From assembly GCA_026770705.1 (NCBI GenBank), contig JANJGN010000026.1:37944001-38008000 (forward strand): a stretch of DNA of 64,000 nucleotides. Reading direction: 5' to 3'. A program made the translations under genes and the position numbers. Under the pieces are notes generated by a model, which worked only from the letters and a program-made list of their open reading frames with translations, was not told where the DNA came from and did not search any database. The DNA comes from Isurus oxyrinchus. Taxonomy: Eukaryota. Positions 63,260 through 64,000 of the stretch are shown piece by piece; positions within the stretch are counted from its first letter, which is position 1; every line of letters begins with the position of its first letter.

Positions 63260-64000
63260 AGGCAATGTATGTCTCCAAGTCAACGATACTAATTTGTATT
63301 TATACCGCACTTTTGATGCAATACAACGTTCCAAGATGTTTCACAGAAATTTACAAAGCAACATTTGACAACAGGCCACATAAGGCGATATTAGGGCAGG
63401 TGACCAAAAAGTTGGTCAGAGGTAGGTTTTAAGGAGCATTTTAAAGTAGGAAAGCAAGGTAGAGGGACAAAGAGGTTTAAGGAGGAAATTCCAGAGCTTG
63501 TGGCCTTGATAACTGAAAGAACAGCCACAAAGAGTGGAAGGATTAAAATCAGGAATAGTCAATAGGCTGGAATTATAGGAGCACAGACATTTCAGAGGAT
63601 TGTGTGACTGGAAGACATTACAGAAACAGGCAGGGGCAAGAATATTGAGATTACAGTGGCAGGGAGTGACAAGAGCATGGAGGAGATGACAGAGACAAAG
63701 AGGGACAAGAACCTGTAGGAGATTACAGAGACTGGGAGGGATAAGAGCATGAAGGAGATTACAGAGCCAGGGAGGGACAAGAGTATCGAGGAGATTACAG
63801 AGATTGGGAGGGACAGGAGCATGGAGGAGATTGCAGAGACAGGCAAGGACAAGAGCATGGAGGAGATTACAGAGACAGAGAGGGACAAGAGCATGGAAGA
63901 GATTACAGAGACAGAGAGGGACAAGAGCATGGAAGAGATTACAGAGACAGGGAGGGACAAGAGCATGGAGAGATTTGAAAACAAGCATTTGAATTTTAAA
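63260..64000 (-). mobile_element. L2-clade LINE 3' end containing a 36-bp tandem expansion (about 63640-63975)
   Basis: ORF 63416-63988 ends ...PSTLLSYFKMLLKTYL, an L2 C-terminal motif. GATTACAGAG recurs at 63865 and 63901. Confidence 0.75.

Noticed and set aside
63416-63988. Leu/Cys-rich 190-aa ORF
   Set aside because: A 36-bp tandem expansion fused to an L2 3' end.

Overview
Vertebrate DNA, almost certainly from a cartilaginous fish (shark); the species cannot be determined from sequence alone. The centrepiece is one complete, apparently intact, unrearranged IgM heavy-chain minicluster on the + strand (about 18.7-38.9 kb). Its order is: TATA/GC-box promoter, leader exon, VH with 23-RSS, a single D flanked by 12/12 RSS, JH with 23-RSS, a ~12 kb intron, Cmu1-Cmu4 with secretory tailpiece, then TM1 and TM2. 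Only one D is visible, whereas the canonical elasmobranch IgM cluster is V-D1-D2-J. The J-C intron holds an octamer/E-box-rich AT-rich block and a ~2.9 kb strand-asymmetric G-rich repeat. Upstream (1-16 kb) are 54/27-bp and 67-bp satellites, CR1, L2-type and RTE LINE fragments, tRNA-derived SINEs and a Penelope-like (GIY-YIG) element with inverted termini. Downstream (39-64 kb) are 5-6 decayed tRNA genes, many retroelement fragments, two divergently oriented C2H2 zinc-finger pseudogenes and two NRF1/CCAAT-type promoter islands. Most ORFs in the supplied track are artefacts of repeats. There is a 182-N assembly gap at 36274-36455.
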